Under the pieces are notes generated by a model. It was not told where the DNA came from, ran no database searches, and saw only the letters and a program-made list of their open reading frames with translations. This document shows positions 25,668 to 38,012 of a stretch of 64,000 nt of DNA, piece after piece. The position numbers were made by a program, and so were the translations under genes. The DNA lies in contig JAUCBJ010004912.1 in assembly GCA_032718475.1 (NCBI GenBank), positions 45,976 to 109,975 of the forward strand, given 5' to 3'. How positions within the stretch are numbered: the first letter of the stretch is position 1; each line of letters starts with the position of its first letter. The DNA comes from Nemertoderma westbladi (lineage: Eukaryota; Animalia; Xenacoelomorpha).

Positions 25668-26010
25668 AAATACTACAGTTCAATTTAGTAACACTAGATG
25701 GCTCTATCTTTTATCAAGCATGGATAACTGTAGTATCGGCAAATACTACAGTTCAATTTAGTAACACTAGATGGCTCTATCTTTTATCAAGCATGGATAA
25801 CTGTAGTATCGGCAAATACTACAGTTCAATTTAGTAACACTAGATGGCTCTATCTTTTATCAAGCATGGATAACTGTAGTATCGGCAAATACTGTACAGT
25901 TCAATTTAGTAACACTAGATGGCTCTATCTTTTATCAAGCATGGATAACAACTGTAGTATCGGCAAATACTACAGTTCAATTTAGTAACAATAGATGGCT
26001 CTATCTTTTA
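25668..26010. repeat. 73-bp tandem repeat (about 4.7 copies) inside a dispersed repeat
   Basis: aaatactacagttcaatttagtaacactagatggctctatcttttatcaagcatggataactgtagtatcggc. Host repeat 25556-26200 recurs at 53280-53870 without the array. Confidence 0.92.
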
Positions 26011-26309
26011 TAAATAATTAAGAAACAAAAAGTACCAATTTAAGAATAAAAAAATTACTGCATGTATTACATGGGGAAAAAATTAGAACAGTGTTTGCAA
26101 TATTATCTCGACCCTTTGACCTCGCTGGCGATAGGTAAATAAAATACCTCGAGAATAGTGAAGAAAAATCTCTACTTTTTTCCCATTTTTCCCATTATAA
26201 TAAATAAATATTTCTTTAATATAAAATGTTAAAACAGTTCATTTAATTAAACCACCCATATTTCTCACCCGCCTAATACACATGCACAACCCGACGCAAA
26301 CACCAAAAC

Positions 26310-26636
26310 AAGCAAGCAAGCCAACAGTCGGCCGAAGCCGTGTGCGACCCGAGGGCTCCCATTCCAATGGCCACTACCGAAGTACTCCTCTCTTATATCG
26401 AACCCTTGTTTCACTCCCAGTAATTCAACCCAAATGGTTGAAGACTGAATGGACCCTGATGGGGCTGATGTCGTCGCGTTACGGCTAATGTCGCGTTACG
26501 GCTAATTTTTTGAGAGATTAGCCGTAACGTGACTTTCCGCAACGCGACATTAGCCGTACCGCCACTGCGCCATGGGGCTCGAACCAACAACCAAAAGATT
26601 ATAAGCACGGCGCTCAACCAACTGACCTAATCCAGG
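26310..26636 (-). mobile_element. tRNA-Ile-derived SINE interrupted by a small inverted-repeat element
   Basis: Minus-strand head ggattaggtcagttggttgagcgccgtgcttataa...ggttcgagcccc with A and B boxes. Tail gggagccctcgggtcgc...(cttg)n. Insert ~26476-26560 with arms tacggctaatgtcgcgtt / aacgcgacattagccgta. Confidence 0.6.
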
Positions 26637-26649
26637 ATGGTGTACTGCA

Positions 26650-27640
26650 AGCGACACATTGGCTCCATTTACAAAGTACTCATGATGGATATGAGGACAG
26701 CGACAACTGGTGAAGGTCTTGGGTTCACACTACAAGAACACAGCAGATATCCGGGCATAGACACCGCCATTGTAGATGATATCGTACTTTCTAATACTGC
26801 TTTCTGCAGTGCTTTCTACAGTAAGTAAGTAGTGCTTTCTAATACTGCTTTCTGCAGTGCTTTCTACAGTACAGTAAGTAAGTAGTGCTTTCGAATACTG
26901 CTTTCTGCAGTGCTTTCTACAGTAAAGTAAGTAGTGCTTTCGAATACTGCTTTCTGCAGTGCTTTCTAGAGTACAGTAAGTAAGTAGTGCTTTCGAATAC
27001 TGCTTTCTGCAGTGCTTTCTACAGTACAGTAAGTAAGTAGTGCTTTCTAATACTGCTTTCTGCAGTGCTTTCTACAGTAAAGTAAGTAGTGCTTTCTAAT
27101 ACTGCTTTCTGCAGTGCTTTCTACTGTACAATAAGTAAGTGGTGCTTTCTAATACTGCTTTCTGCAGTGCTTTCTACAGTACAATAAGTAAGTAGTGCTT
27201 TCTAATACTGATTTCTGCAGTGCTTTCTACAGTAAAGTAAGTAGTGCTTTCTAATACTGCTTTCTGCAGTGCTTTCTACTGTACAGTAAGTAAGTAGTGC
27301 TTTCGAATACTGCTTTCTGCAGTGCTTTCTACAGTACAGTAAGTAAGTAGTGCTTTCTAATACTGCTTTCTGCAGTGCTTTCTACAGTAAAGTAAGTAGT
27401 GCTTTCTAATACTGCTTTCTGCAGTGCTTTCTACTGTACAATAAGTAAGTAGTGCTTTCTAATACTCTAGCAGATGCATAACTTCTACTGAACAAAGTGG
27501 AAAGGGCTGCTAATGAGATTAAAATTCATACTGCGTTTTCTACCAAAACCGAACACTTTTAATGTTATTGGAAACGACCAGCGATAAATTAGTCAACTGG
27601 AGAATGTTTACGACTTACAGAACCATGGATCCTGGATAGG
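26650..27640 (+). mobile_element. Decayed RTE-type RT fragment split by a minisatellite
   Basis: MRTAT..GFTLQE..SRYP..VDDIVLSNT before the array. LADA*LLLNKVERAANEI ... LENVYD ... GSWI after it. Confidence 0.65.
26787..27466. repeat. Minisatellite, 49/53-bp units built from tgctttct sub-repeats
   Basis: tgctttctaatactgctttctgcagtgctttctacagta(cagt)aagtaagtag, about 13 copies. Confidence 0.95.
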
Positions 27641-29700
27641 AAACGGAACCGGGGTTGATATCCCGCTTGAGCGGTCGACAACAAAACAGTAAGTACATTT
27701 AGGAGATGTATATAATAGTTCAGGAGCCTACCTATCGTAGTACGCTAAAATTAGTGATATTTCTCTATAATTTTTTCATCTTGAAGAGTTGTCTTTCATC
27801 TGTAACGTGGTTCAGGCGCACACACTACTATTAAGAAAAACGCCCAGTATAAAACTACTGTACAGTAAGTTAAGGATATCCAAAAATGTTGCAGGTGTTA
27901 AGAAGAAGATAATATATATATATACTTGCCTACTAGGCTTATGTGCAATAGAAATTCGATTGCCGGTTTGGTCGGGTTAACAGGAAAACACGCTGATTTG
28001 CTTGTGGGGCGAGCCACGAAGTCTAGGTGAGCCTTAGCGTAGCCGGTATAACTAGTGGACCGTGTGTGATCGTCTTCTTAGTCGTCGTTGGAAATGGTTG
28101 AACTTTAAGTCGGTCAGTCATTGATAAAAATGAACCAAAATTGTTATGTTACATGTCATCTATAAAAAGTTTAGAAATTCTCCACTCAGAGAGACTGCTA
28201 TAGTTCCTTTGCGGGCTGCTAGGGGGAGTTACCATGTCCACTAATTTTATTGCTACACAAATGCTCATCAAGGCTTTGTGCTGCGCGAAGCCCCCCACTC
28301 TTGCACGTTCTTTAAATATATAGGCCTATGTATAAAGTATATAGGTCCACTGTAAATACTAAAAGAACCAATATGCAATATACATTCATACAATAGTAGT
28401 ATTATTAAATTAAAATGGAGCAAATTCACGTAGATAACAGTAAATTATACTCCATTATAATAGAAAAAACATGAAACACGTTAAAAGATATAACGAATCT
28501 ATCGGCATATGCAATGCATGCTAAACTGTACGTTAAGTATTGTGATGCGATTCTCATTATATTAAATTGAGATTCTTTAAAATAATGGTAGATACTAGAA
28601 AATATTGACTTTAATTTAAGTCTAACGTTTAATAAATAATTCTTCTTTCTGGTGAAAAGTTTTGAATGGTTCTAGCAGTCCAAATTTGTAAGCGAATGCC
28701 TGCCTATCTGAATAATATCCTTACAAGGAGTGGTACTGTAGTGTTCGTAGTAATGCGATTTAATTGTACTGTTATGTTATGATGAGAATCGCCAGCTGCA
28801 TCTCCGGCTGTGTATTAAACAAGTACTGTACACTGTATTCCCGGTTACATCCGTCGTCTTTAAGAATCGATGCGACAAGTAAGCCTAATATTTACTAGTA
28901 GTGTAGATTAAAGTACGGGTCATTTACATTGCTTTATTTACGTACATATGTTACTACTTATTCAACACAGTTTTTCAAAATCGATAAATAATATTTCCCA
29001 GTAAGCCTACAGTATTATGCATTAAAGGAGTTAGAATACTGCAGTTGTAAGCAAGTGATTGATTGGAATCTCACCTCATATGAAAGTTCAATGTACGACC
29101 TTGTGTGTTATTAAAAAGAAATGTCGTTACAAAAAAGGTAAAGCAATAAATGTAAACTTAAAATATTCAAATGTTTCAAAATTTAATTTTACACGATGTT
29201 CTGGAACATTTTGTTTAAGTATGAATAGCTACGCAATGGATATATTGGATAGGAATACCGCTGTTGCCAACCAACTTATAAAATAAATAAGAAGAAGTTA
29301 GTAAGATTAAGTAAGTTAATAATAATAATAAGAATTTTGTGTATTTATTAAATAGAATAAATGGCCTGCAGCTAACAATACTTCTTGCAATATTTGAACG
29401 CGTATATCTCAGTTGTTTCTAAACGAAATTCAGATATTGTTAAATTTTTGGAATCCTTGTTGCAACGACAGCTTTCTAATGATATGATAAAGTTACGACT
29501 AATGTGAAGAATGTCCACGACACGGAGGGTGCGTTTTCGAAAAAGACACTTTTATAATACGCTTATAAAAAAATTTAAAGGCAAAATCGAAAATTCCGGC
29601 TTCTTGGGGTCATCGACGGTGAGTGGAACTAGTTATGTTTCAAATTTCAAGCAATATGATAAAGATTTGTAGAAAAATTTATTTTAATTTTTAATTTTAA

Positions 29701-31330
29701 GGTCATTTCAAGCGACCTCATATCGTCCCATTGCATCCATTCCTATACTGGCTAAGATCATGGAACAGCTGATCCTCTCTATCTCGTTAACCAAAGTTTT
29801 ACATCCCAGCGACTCGCAATACGCATACCAAAAAGGCATGGGGACAGACTTGGTTATTGGAGCTATCCTTGAACTGCTACAATACTATAGAAGGGGGGAT
29901 TCATCGGTTTATGTGACCCAGATGGATATTTCGGCGGCCTTCGATACAGTTGATATACATAAGCTGCTTAGCAAATTAATCAGTGAAACACCTATTAATC
30001 CATTTATAGCGAGGTTATTACTATATTACTATAGTAACACCAAAGCATTCATCAAAATAAACAACAAACTCGATACTGTGGGTATAAATCTCTACAAAGG
30101 ATTGAGACAGGGATCACTGATTTCACCACCATTATTCAATTTCTATATCCAACAGGTCATGGAAAAGGCACATAATAACAACCTCGGCTGTAAGATCTTC
30201 CATATTCCCCCCGGCAGCTTCTCATATGCGGACGATATTCTGCTCATTAGCACAACTGCCTCAGCTGCTGAAAAAATGTGTGACGGGATTATCGCCTCGC
30301 TTCGTGATCTCAGCCTAAATATTGATCCAGACAAATCAAATTGGATGGTAATCGCAGGAAAAAAGGGAGCAGCTACCGCAAAGTCTCTAAAAATAAGCGG
30401 AACTGAAATGAAGCCATCGAATCATATTAAATTTCTGGGGTTTAAAATCTCACCAACAGGTAAACATTTATCTGAGATCATCAAATCAATTGCAATACCT
30501 TCCGAGATATTCCACAACTTTAGATGGACTGCACAAAGATATAACGTTGAAACAGTAGCCAAGTTATGGAGATCTCTAGCATTACCATCAATTCTATACA
30601 AAACAACATATCACTTTGGCGCATTATCAACATCTGAGCTACTGTCAGCAGACGCCTACCATAGAAAAGTGTTACGCGGTTTAATTCATGTAGGAAATTA
30701 CGTGTCCAATGGTACACTGCTTAACCTATACCGCACCGATGACATATCAAACTCAGCTTACCGGCAATGCTTGGGAACCATGCTGCGTTTCGATTAGATC
30801 TCCAAACACTCATATCCAGCAGTGCATAAGGATAGCGGTCCAACTCAACTCCATTGATCCTAAAGGTGCGCAATATTGTGGGATTGGTAGCACCAACAAC
30901 AATGCCAGGCTACACTATAGTCTCCCAGAAGTTAGCTCTCTCATGAACTACACCTATAACCGCAATCAACTATTTGCAAGGCTGAACTCTGGACAACCGA
31001 ACTGTACAGACAAGGACCACGCGGAGTTCATATCGAACTGTTATAATCTATCAAACACTAGCTTTACCATCAAACACAAAACGAATAATAGACTACTACG
31101 GAATTTAGTTGAATACATGGCTCGCCCCTAGGATTTCTGCTATTTTATTGTTTGATTTGGTGAACTGATGCTATTAACGGTGTTATAATTAACGGCCTAG
31201 TTGTGATCTGTGATCACAATTTTTACTTTCAATCATATTGTAGTGCAGTTGGATATATATTTTTATCTTTTAACAGTTTTAATTAATATAAATGCCGGCT
31301 AGAGTGGTGTACCCGAAATAATAATAATAA
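29701..31330 (+). mobile_element. 5'-truncated non-LTR retrotransposon: RT ORF, 3' UTR and (TAA)n tail
   Basis: YRPIASIPILAKIME, QYAYQKG, DISAAFDTV, GLRQGSLISPPLF, YADD, KFLG. One frameshift near 30790. Ends cccgaaataataataataa. Confidence 0.9.
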
Positions 31331-32063
31331 AATACATACAAGTAATCACAGGCAAAAATAAAGTGTTCACAATATATATACCATCTTTACCGCATGATTT
31401 ACTAAGTTTAAGCTCCCCAACAGCATCAATAACATCATCTACCGCTACCGTGACTATCATATCACCACTAAACTCTGTACCGGTAAGTTTGCTCATGACA
31501 TGTTTCATAGTTAAATTATCTTTCGAGTTATCACCGGCGTTAAAAATGTTTCTATAGTGGTTTGCCCAAAAATTGGAAATATTTTCTTTGCCAATGACAC
31601 CGTCTATTGTAGTCGCAACTGGCACCTTACTGTTGTTGTCCTTTTTGATATTTTTCCAAAAATCGTCAAAACCGTTAGAAGAACGAATAAAAGATTCAGC
31701 AAATTTGTCACATTTAGATTTTTCTACATTTCGTTTTACTTTTATTTTTTTATTTTTTATTTATTTTTTATTTTCGTTTTACTTCACGGAACATTATTTT
31801 AAAACGCATTTTAGCCAGGTGGATATCACCTTTGCGTGGGCTGCCTGCGCCTCGCCATATTAAAAAAGCTAACCGCGCCTGACCGACCATGTAAGTCACT
31901 AACTGCATCATTCCAACCAGGAATTTCATTCCACTACCTGGTTTTACTACCTGGTTTACTATGTGGGAACACATTACCATATGCACAGTTAATGCAATCA
32001 ACAATGTTGGAGTAAAATTCTGATAACTCATCACAATGTTTTTTACATTTTGCGTTCTTACAA
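31331..32063 (-). mobile_element. LINE ORF2 linker fragment (RTEX/Proto2-like), 3' half of the host of the Gypsy insertion
   Basis: CKNAKCKKHCDELSEFY, PGWND, WRGAGSPRKG, IDGVIGKENISNFWANHY, KSCGKDGI. Joins in frame to 46871-47085 when the insert is removed. Confidence 0.8.
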
Positions 32064-32089
32064 CGCCAGAAGTGGAATAATAGCGATAT

Positions 32090-35000
32090 AGCGAGTGCCT
32101 CCAACTCGCAAGGAAGCCATGTATGTTGGTGGGCCTTGAGCTTGCAGGAATAAAACCCGGCGAGGAGTAATTCTTTGGAACGTTTCGCGTAGAGGACTGC
32201 ACCTAGACCATCGATGGACGAGGCGGCGTCGGTGACAAGGAAGAGTTCGTCGGTAGGACGCGGGATCGTTACTGACCTGCAGGATTGTAGGGCGGCTTGG
32301 GATCGTCGAAATGTAGACTCGAGATCGGGAGTCCAAGCGACAGGGTCGCCGGCCTTGGGGGTAAGGAGGGCCTCGAGCGGAGAGATAAGGGCAGAACACC
32401 GGGGGAGTACGCGGGAGAGAACCTTGTAGGAACCGAGGAACGACTGTAGGTCGCGGACGGTGGATGGTGTAGGACAGTGGGATAAGGCGGCTGTGATATG
32501 TGGGGAAGCAGATAAGGAACCGCTAGACCATACCCAACCAAGGATGGTGGTAGTTTGGGGGCAAATGATGGTTTTCTTTGGGGACAAACGCAACCCGGCA
32601 AGGCGTAGGGCGCGGAGGAGGGCGGCGAAATTGAGGAGTTCGGGGATGGTATCGCCACCGCAGTAGATATCATCGGCGAGTTTGACGACGGATCCCTGGA
32701 CGAGAAGATCGCCGAGGACGCGAGACATCAACTCCTCGAGAGCCGTTTCGCTGCCGGGCATGCCCATGGCACAGCGGCGGTAGACACGGACACCACGAAA
32801 TGGTGTGGATACGCCGCAGAAACGCATGGAGTTGCGATGGAGTGGGATTTGGTAAAAGGCGCTCGTGAGGTCTGCCTTAACGAGGAACTTGAACCGACCC
32901 AGGGCTCGAATGGTGGATTCGACATCTGGGAGGAGTGCGGGTTGGGGCTTAGAATACTGGGCGATCTCTGTGAATGCCGTAACGAGCCGAGTTCCTCCAT
33001 TGGGTTTAGTGACAAGGAAGCTTGGGTTCAAGTACTCTATGGTGACACCAGCTAGTTCTGGGCGAATGAAGACGCCAAGACGCTCGAGAGAGTCAAACTT
33101 CTCCTGTAGTTCAACGAGTCGGTCACGGGAGTATTGCGGTACACGACCCTTACGTTGAGGTGGCAACATAGGGGTCACGTTGACGACAGCTTCGAATGGG
33201 CCGGCAGACCCATTGTATCCGGGGTACGTGGGATCAAAGACGTCAGAAAATTCCTCGAGTAGATCGTGGAAGGCAGCACGCTCACGGTAAGAGAGGATGC
33301 CCTGTGGGTCGATCTGGACTGCCTTAATAGGTGGAGGGTCATGGGAGACAAGGGGGCAAGGGACAGGGTAAGGACTGTTCAAGTTGTTTCATGGGGGTAG
33401 CTGCAGTGGGTAGGGCGGAGCAGACGTGGGAGTTCCGTTGAATGAAGATGGGGTAGGGAGCAGAGTTTGGAATGGTAATGGAACCGGATGCGGGTTGGAG
33501 CTGCATGGGGGGGAACCAAGGCTTGGGGGGAGTTACGTGCGACCGTTGGTTAATCACATGGGGTGTCACAAGGAGAGAGTCGGAATCCGAGAGATGGGCT
33601 GGAAGCTGTAATGTGAGGGCGTCGCCGGGGAGAAGAATGGACGATCGTATGGGGGCGCGCAGAATCTGGGTCGTCGTCCGACGGATAGTGGGTCGGGGAT
33701 GACCTGCCGGGGGGTACCTGATGGAACTGCCATCCGCGAAGGTAATCAGCGACTGGGCCGGACGGATACCAATATCATTGGTGGATAGGAACGGAACGCC
33801 AGCGAGTAGTGGAACGTTGAGGTTGTCGACAACGAGTCCATGGAAGCTAAACTGGAGGTCGTTATGGGTGAGGGAGAAGGAACTCTCCCCAACTACACCT
33901 GAAACAGGGGAACCGTCGGCCCCGATCGGGATCTGGCGGGAGCCACGCGAGATCGGAACGCCGAGTCGGTCGGAGTGCAGCGTCGTGTGAAATGAGGTCG
34001 GATTCGGCGCCGCAATCGAGGAGAACCTGGATGGGTTTACCTTTATAACGCGCTGTAAAGGTTGGACTCGGGCGTACAGCGACGATATTAACCGTCGGAT
34101 CGGGAGGTGGACTGGCGACGGAGTCGTTATCGTTATCTGGTTGTTCATAGAAAGCGTCATTGTCGTTGTCGCCTCGCCATCGACGTAGACGAGATGGGCA
34201 CGTGAGATAAAGCGCTTGTCAGCAGGGGGAAGGAATGGGCATGCACTGAGAAAGTGGTTGGTGGGAGTGCGTTTAGTCTGGGAGCATAGGGGACAAAGTC
34301 CGCGGCCAGTGGAACTCGGACCGAGACCTGAGGATGTAGGTGGGGTCCGACGCGTCTGGGCACGGAAGGTACGCACTTCCGCGGCAGTGTGGAGCTCGTC
34401 GAGAAGAGAAGACAGAGCCTGGGAGATCTCGGGTTTGATACTGGCCAGCGTACGGGACCGGAGCTCCGTGCCATACCGTTGTTGAACCAATCGAGGGAGG
34501 TCCGGGTGGATAAGGCGGAGCCATATGAGTACAACGAAGTTCTCGAGAGAGGGGGACAGCTCCTCGTCGTCATCGGGGAGAATCCCGTGGTGGGAAATTC
34601 CACCGTCCCGTCGGAGTAAATTATCGTCCACGAAAGCCGATAAACGCTGGAAGAGGTCTTCGGCGCGCTCCTCGTGAAGGATAGAGATATCGGAGAAGGA
34701 GAGGAAATGAGCTCCGGTCGCTTGGAAGCCGTAATGGAGGCGTATGGCCTGCCATATGGAGGGCAAGGACGTGGAGTCTCGAATGATCGAGTTACGTGCG
34801 ATAATGGGGGCGTAATTGGCGATCTGACCGAGCATAAGATCTAGAGCCGTGGTCTTTTGAAGGGCAGTACGGCGGTCGGCTGGGGCCACAGTGTCCGGGT
34901 CGTCGGCAAAACCGCGGAAGGGTATAGCGCGGGTGTGGCGCAACCAGGTTGTGCCCGGAACCGTAAACTGCGCAAATTGAGGTTGGAGCGCAAGCGAATA

Positions 35001-35096
35001 AGTTATGTTGTGGCGCCAAACCTCAAAGGAGTTGATCGTCTCAGATTTATTGAGTGGATCCAGCTTGGGGGGCTTCAGTGAGCCGTTAAACGCCAT
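32090..35096 (-). pseudogene. gag-pol of the Gypsy element, frameshifted
   Basis: Gag MAFNGSLKPPKL...CPLC...HFLSAC; protease LDCGAESDLI; RT YLNPSFLV, DLTSAFYQ, MGMPGS, KLADD; RNase H LVTDAA, CELEALAI. Confidence 0.9.
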
Positions 35097-35338
35097 GTTA
35101 ACGGTAAGTAGGTAGCGTAAGTCTGTAACGTAAGGAGGGCTGAGTGGATGGATCTGTTGTTGTAGTAGATGGCGAGGAGTGGGAAACGAAGTACACGGTG
35201 ACACCATGCCAGAAGTGGAGTAATAGCGTAAGGAACAATGTGGTGAGTGAAACGGGTTAACTATATTGATCAATACACGAATGAGTATAGATATATATAT
35301 AAAGCAATGACAGTCAGAAGAAGTAACAACAACAGATC

Positions 35339-36569
35339 TGTTCGCGCTTTCAGACCTTTAGCAGTTTAACCTGCCAAATTGGGATGTCTTCTAGATAATA
35401 AATCGTCTTTAGCCTATGACGAGTATTTGATACACCACATTAGCCGAAGCCAGTCTATGCGCGACCATTCACCCACTGGATATACCCGGGAGACTGGATT
35501 CGGAAGCCTAACCTTATTGCGGTGTAGGCCTACTGTATTATTCGACTGATTGTAATATATAATCTCTGACAAATATTATTCACTTTCGGGAAATATTAAC
35601 AGTTCCTTTAGGACGTGGCGCTCTAAATATGTAAACAGAGTTATGACTTAAACTAGACACAACGGGATGGCTATAGATTCACGTATATGGCGCATTCTTT
35701 AGGAGATGCTTTGTTATCAGTCACAATCATACACAATACTGCACAATGCTGCACACCGATCTGCCAACCTTCACTAATTTTAGTCACATATAAAGAGAAC
35801 AACAACCAATACATGTAGTGCCTATGAAATAGCATTAGATTCACTTCAAAACCACTTTAATGTAAGTCGCAATCGTTATATGTAACCGGTCTCTCTTACC
35901 TTCAGTATATCAAGAAGATTGAGGGTTTTAGGATTAATTTATCGATATTATCCAATATAATAATATTCCATCAACTGATATAATGAATAACCGACAGTAA
36001 ATAGCAGTAAATGTTAAGGTATGAATGGTTATGATATGTTATGAATTGATATGATAACAGATATACGTTCTATAATTAAGCCTACTAATGTTGGGCCAAA
36101 GACTGAAAACACAGAGATTCCAAAGCCGGTCTTCTAGGCTCGGGAAAACCAACACAACTGAACCCTCTGGGCTGTTGTAGGTATCTTTCAACACAAAGAG
36201 AAACAGCTCTCATTGGCCGAGTTCCAGATTCTGTAGGTTCCACGAATGTCTAAATGCCGAACTATTCGGGTTTTTGCAGCCCATATTCAACACAAGGCGA
36301 AATCGCTCCGATTGGTGGATCATTGTTCTGATTGGTTGATCGAACAGAACAAAGAGCCTATAGGCGTACAGCAAATCGGTTGGTAGATTGCGTCATTTGA
36401 GTTAGGTAGCTTAGAGTATTTGAGCGCATTGTGGGAAAACTGGCTTTTTATGTCCGCTAAAGCACACATGCAGACACAGCGGATAAATCGCTAGTTATGT
36501 CCTCTAAAAACACCTTACACAGTACATTGCGGAGAAAAGGGCCAGTTATATCCCACAAAAGCTTTTACA
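35339..36569 (-). repeat. 3' LTR of BEL element (1231 bp)
   Basis: Direct repeat of 45521-46732. Confidence 0.97.
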
Positions 36570-36647
36570 CCGCTCCCAGAAAATGGGATTTAATTCTATA
36601 AAATATAAAAAATCACAGTTTCTAAAATATAAAAATACTCTAAACAG

Positions 36648-38012
36648 CTAGTCTTTCTTGAGCGGACGGCGTTTACGCAGTTCTTTGAGGCTAGCAAGAG
36701 TCCTTTTCTCTTTGGGGCGAGCCACTTTACTAGGAGGGCTGTAACTCCTGGGTGAAGGGTGCAATACAATTGCATCAGAAGGTTTAGGGTTACGGTCGAT
36801 GTCTCGTCCATTTCGATATGCTTCTCCTCGAGCTGATTTTCCTCCGCTTATCGTTGGATGCGTTCGTCCAAAACTCTTGCAGAGAATAGGGTCGTCCAAG
36901 TTCGATATCTTCTTAGAGATTCTGAATTTCCTGATCGAACTGAGATAAAATTAATTCGTTTACCGCTTGGACTTGCTGCTGCAATTTACGTTTCTCTAAA
37001 CAATTGTAGGTTCATTTTCCGATCTTTTGACGAATAGTGTCCAACGCGTTTCGTACAACTCTTTCCTCCGCCTCGGTGACAGGTTGTATCGGGTTAAACA
37101 GGGACGATGATACGGTTGAATGGCGATATTAGATGTCCGCGTCCCAATCCGACTAGGTAAGATGGGCAAATATTTAGGGAGCCCACAACCGGAGTGCCAC
37201 CGACTAACTGTTCGGGTAACACTAGATCTTTGAACAGTGAGTACAGTTCGGGAGGATCCGTGATACTATTAGGATCAAGAGTCTGAGGTCTAACTAGGGA
37301 ATGAGGAGGTTTGAACGAGTATTCCGGAACTCTGATCATAGATTTATTTAAGGATCGTTTGAATCGAGCGAGCGTAGGTGATACATCGAACAAGTTTCGC
37401 TCGAAACTCCCGTAAATATAGCGAGTAAAACTGTGTTTCAAGCAACGTCTCCGCGGATGTTTATGTTTTTCAGTTTGTTGGTTGGGTCTTGGTCATTCAT
37501 CGCAATAATACCAAAGACGCACGTCTTGTAGGGGAAACGCGGGTGATATTTATTCGGTTTTACAATGTTTCTCTCAAGAATTCCAAATATACGTTGGAGT
37601 TACTGCGTTTATCCGGTTCTTTAACGTCTTCTCTTTCGAGTCGATTTCGAATAGAATTCTCGTGTTCCATTCTCGGTTTATCGTTCCGCCTCCGCTGGGT
37701 AGGATATTTAAATAAAACCATTTCCCTTTCGGTGTCTACATCGTCCGTATCGTGTAAATCGATAGGATGGCCGGTAGTTAAGAAGACCATATACGTACCA
37801 TTACGATGCGTATAGCGAGCGGTGAATTTTCTATAGTCCAATTCACGCGTAAGTTGCCCCTGGGACATTGGCGGTTTGATATAGATATAACGACCATCGT
37901 CCTCCGTAGTAGTTGGACCAGCGTCGCCGCGTATCAAGCTATCAACAAACGCTTGTAAAGGTAGAGTATATCGCTCCCTGATACCAAGATCATCTTCTAT
38001 CAACTCAGTCAT
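36648..38012 (-). pseudogene. Unrecognised 3' accessory gene of the BEL element, disrupted
   Basis: 150-aa ORF from ATG 38012, then further protein-like stretches (KHSFTRYIYGSFERNLF...; EAEERVVRNALDTIRQKIGK*...QQQVQAVNELILSQFDQEIQNL*) separated by stops and frameshifts. Confidence 0.6.

Noticed and set aside
26571-26636. Functional tRNA-Ile(TAT) gene
   Set aside because: The anticodon and acceptor stems do not pair; it is better explained as a SINE head.
29701-32063. Single LINE with an inverted RT half
   Set aside because: The plus-strand element has its own 3' UTR and (TAA)n tail at the junction, so it is a separate insertion.
31934-33382. 482-aa ORF as a natural Pol with a Cys-rich tail
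   Set aside because: The tail is read-through across the deletion junction into the host LINE.
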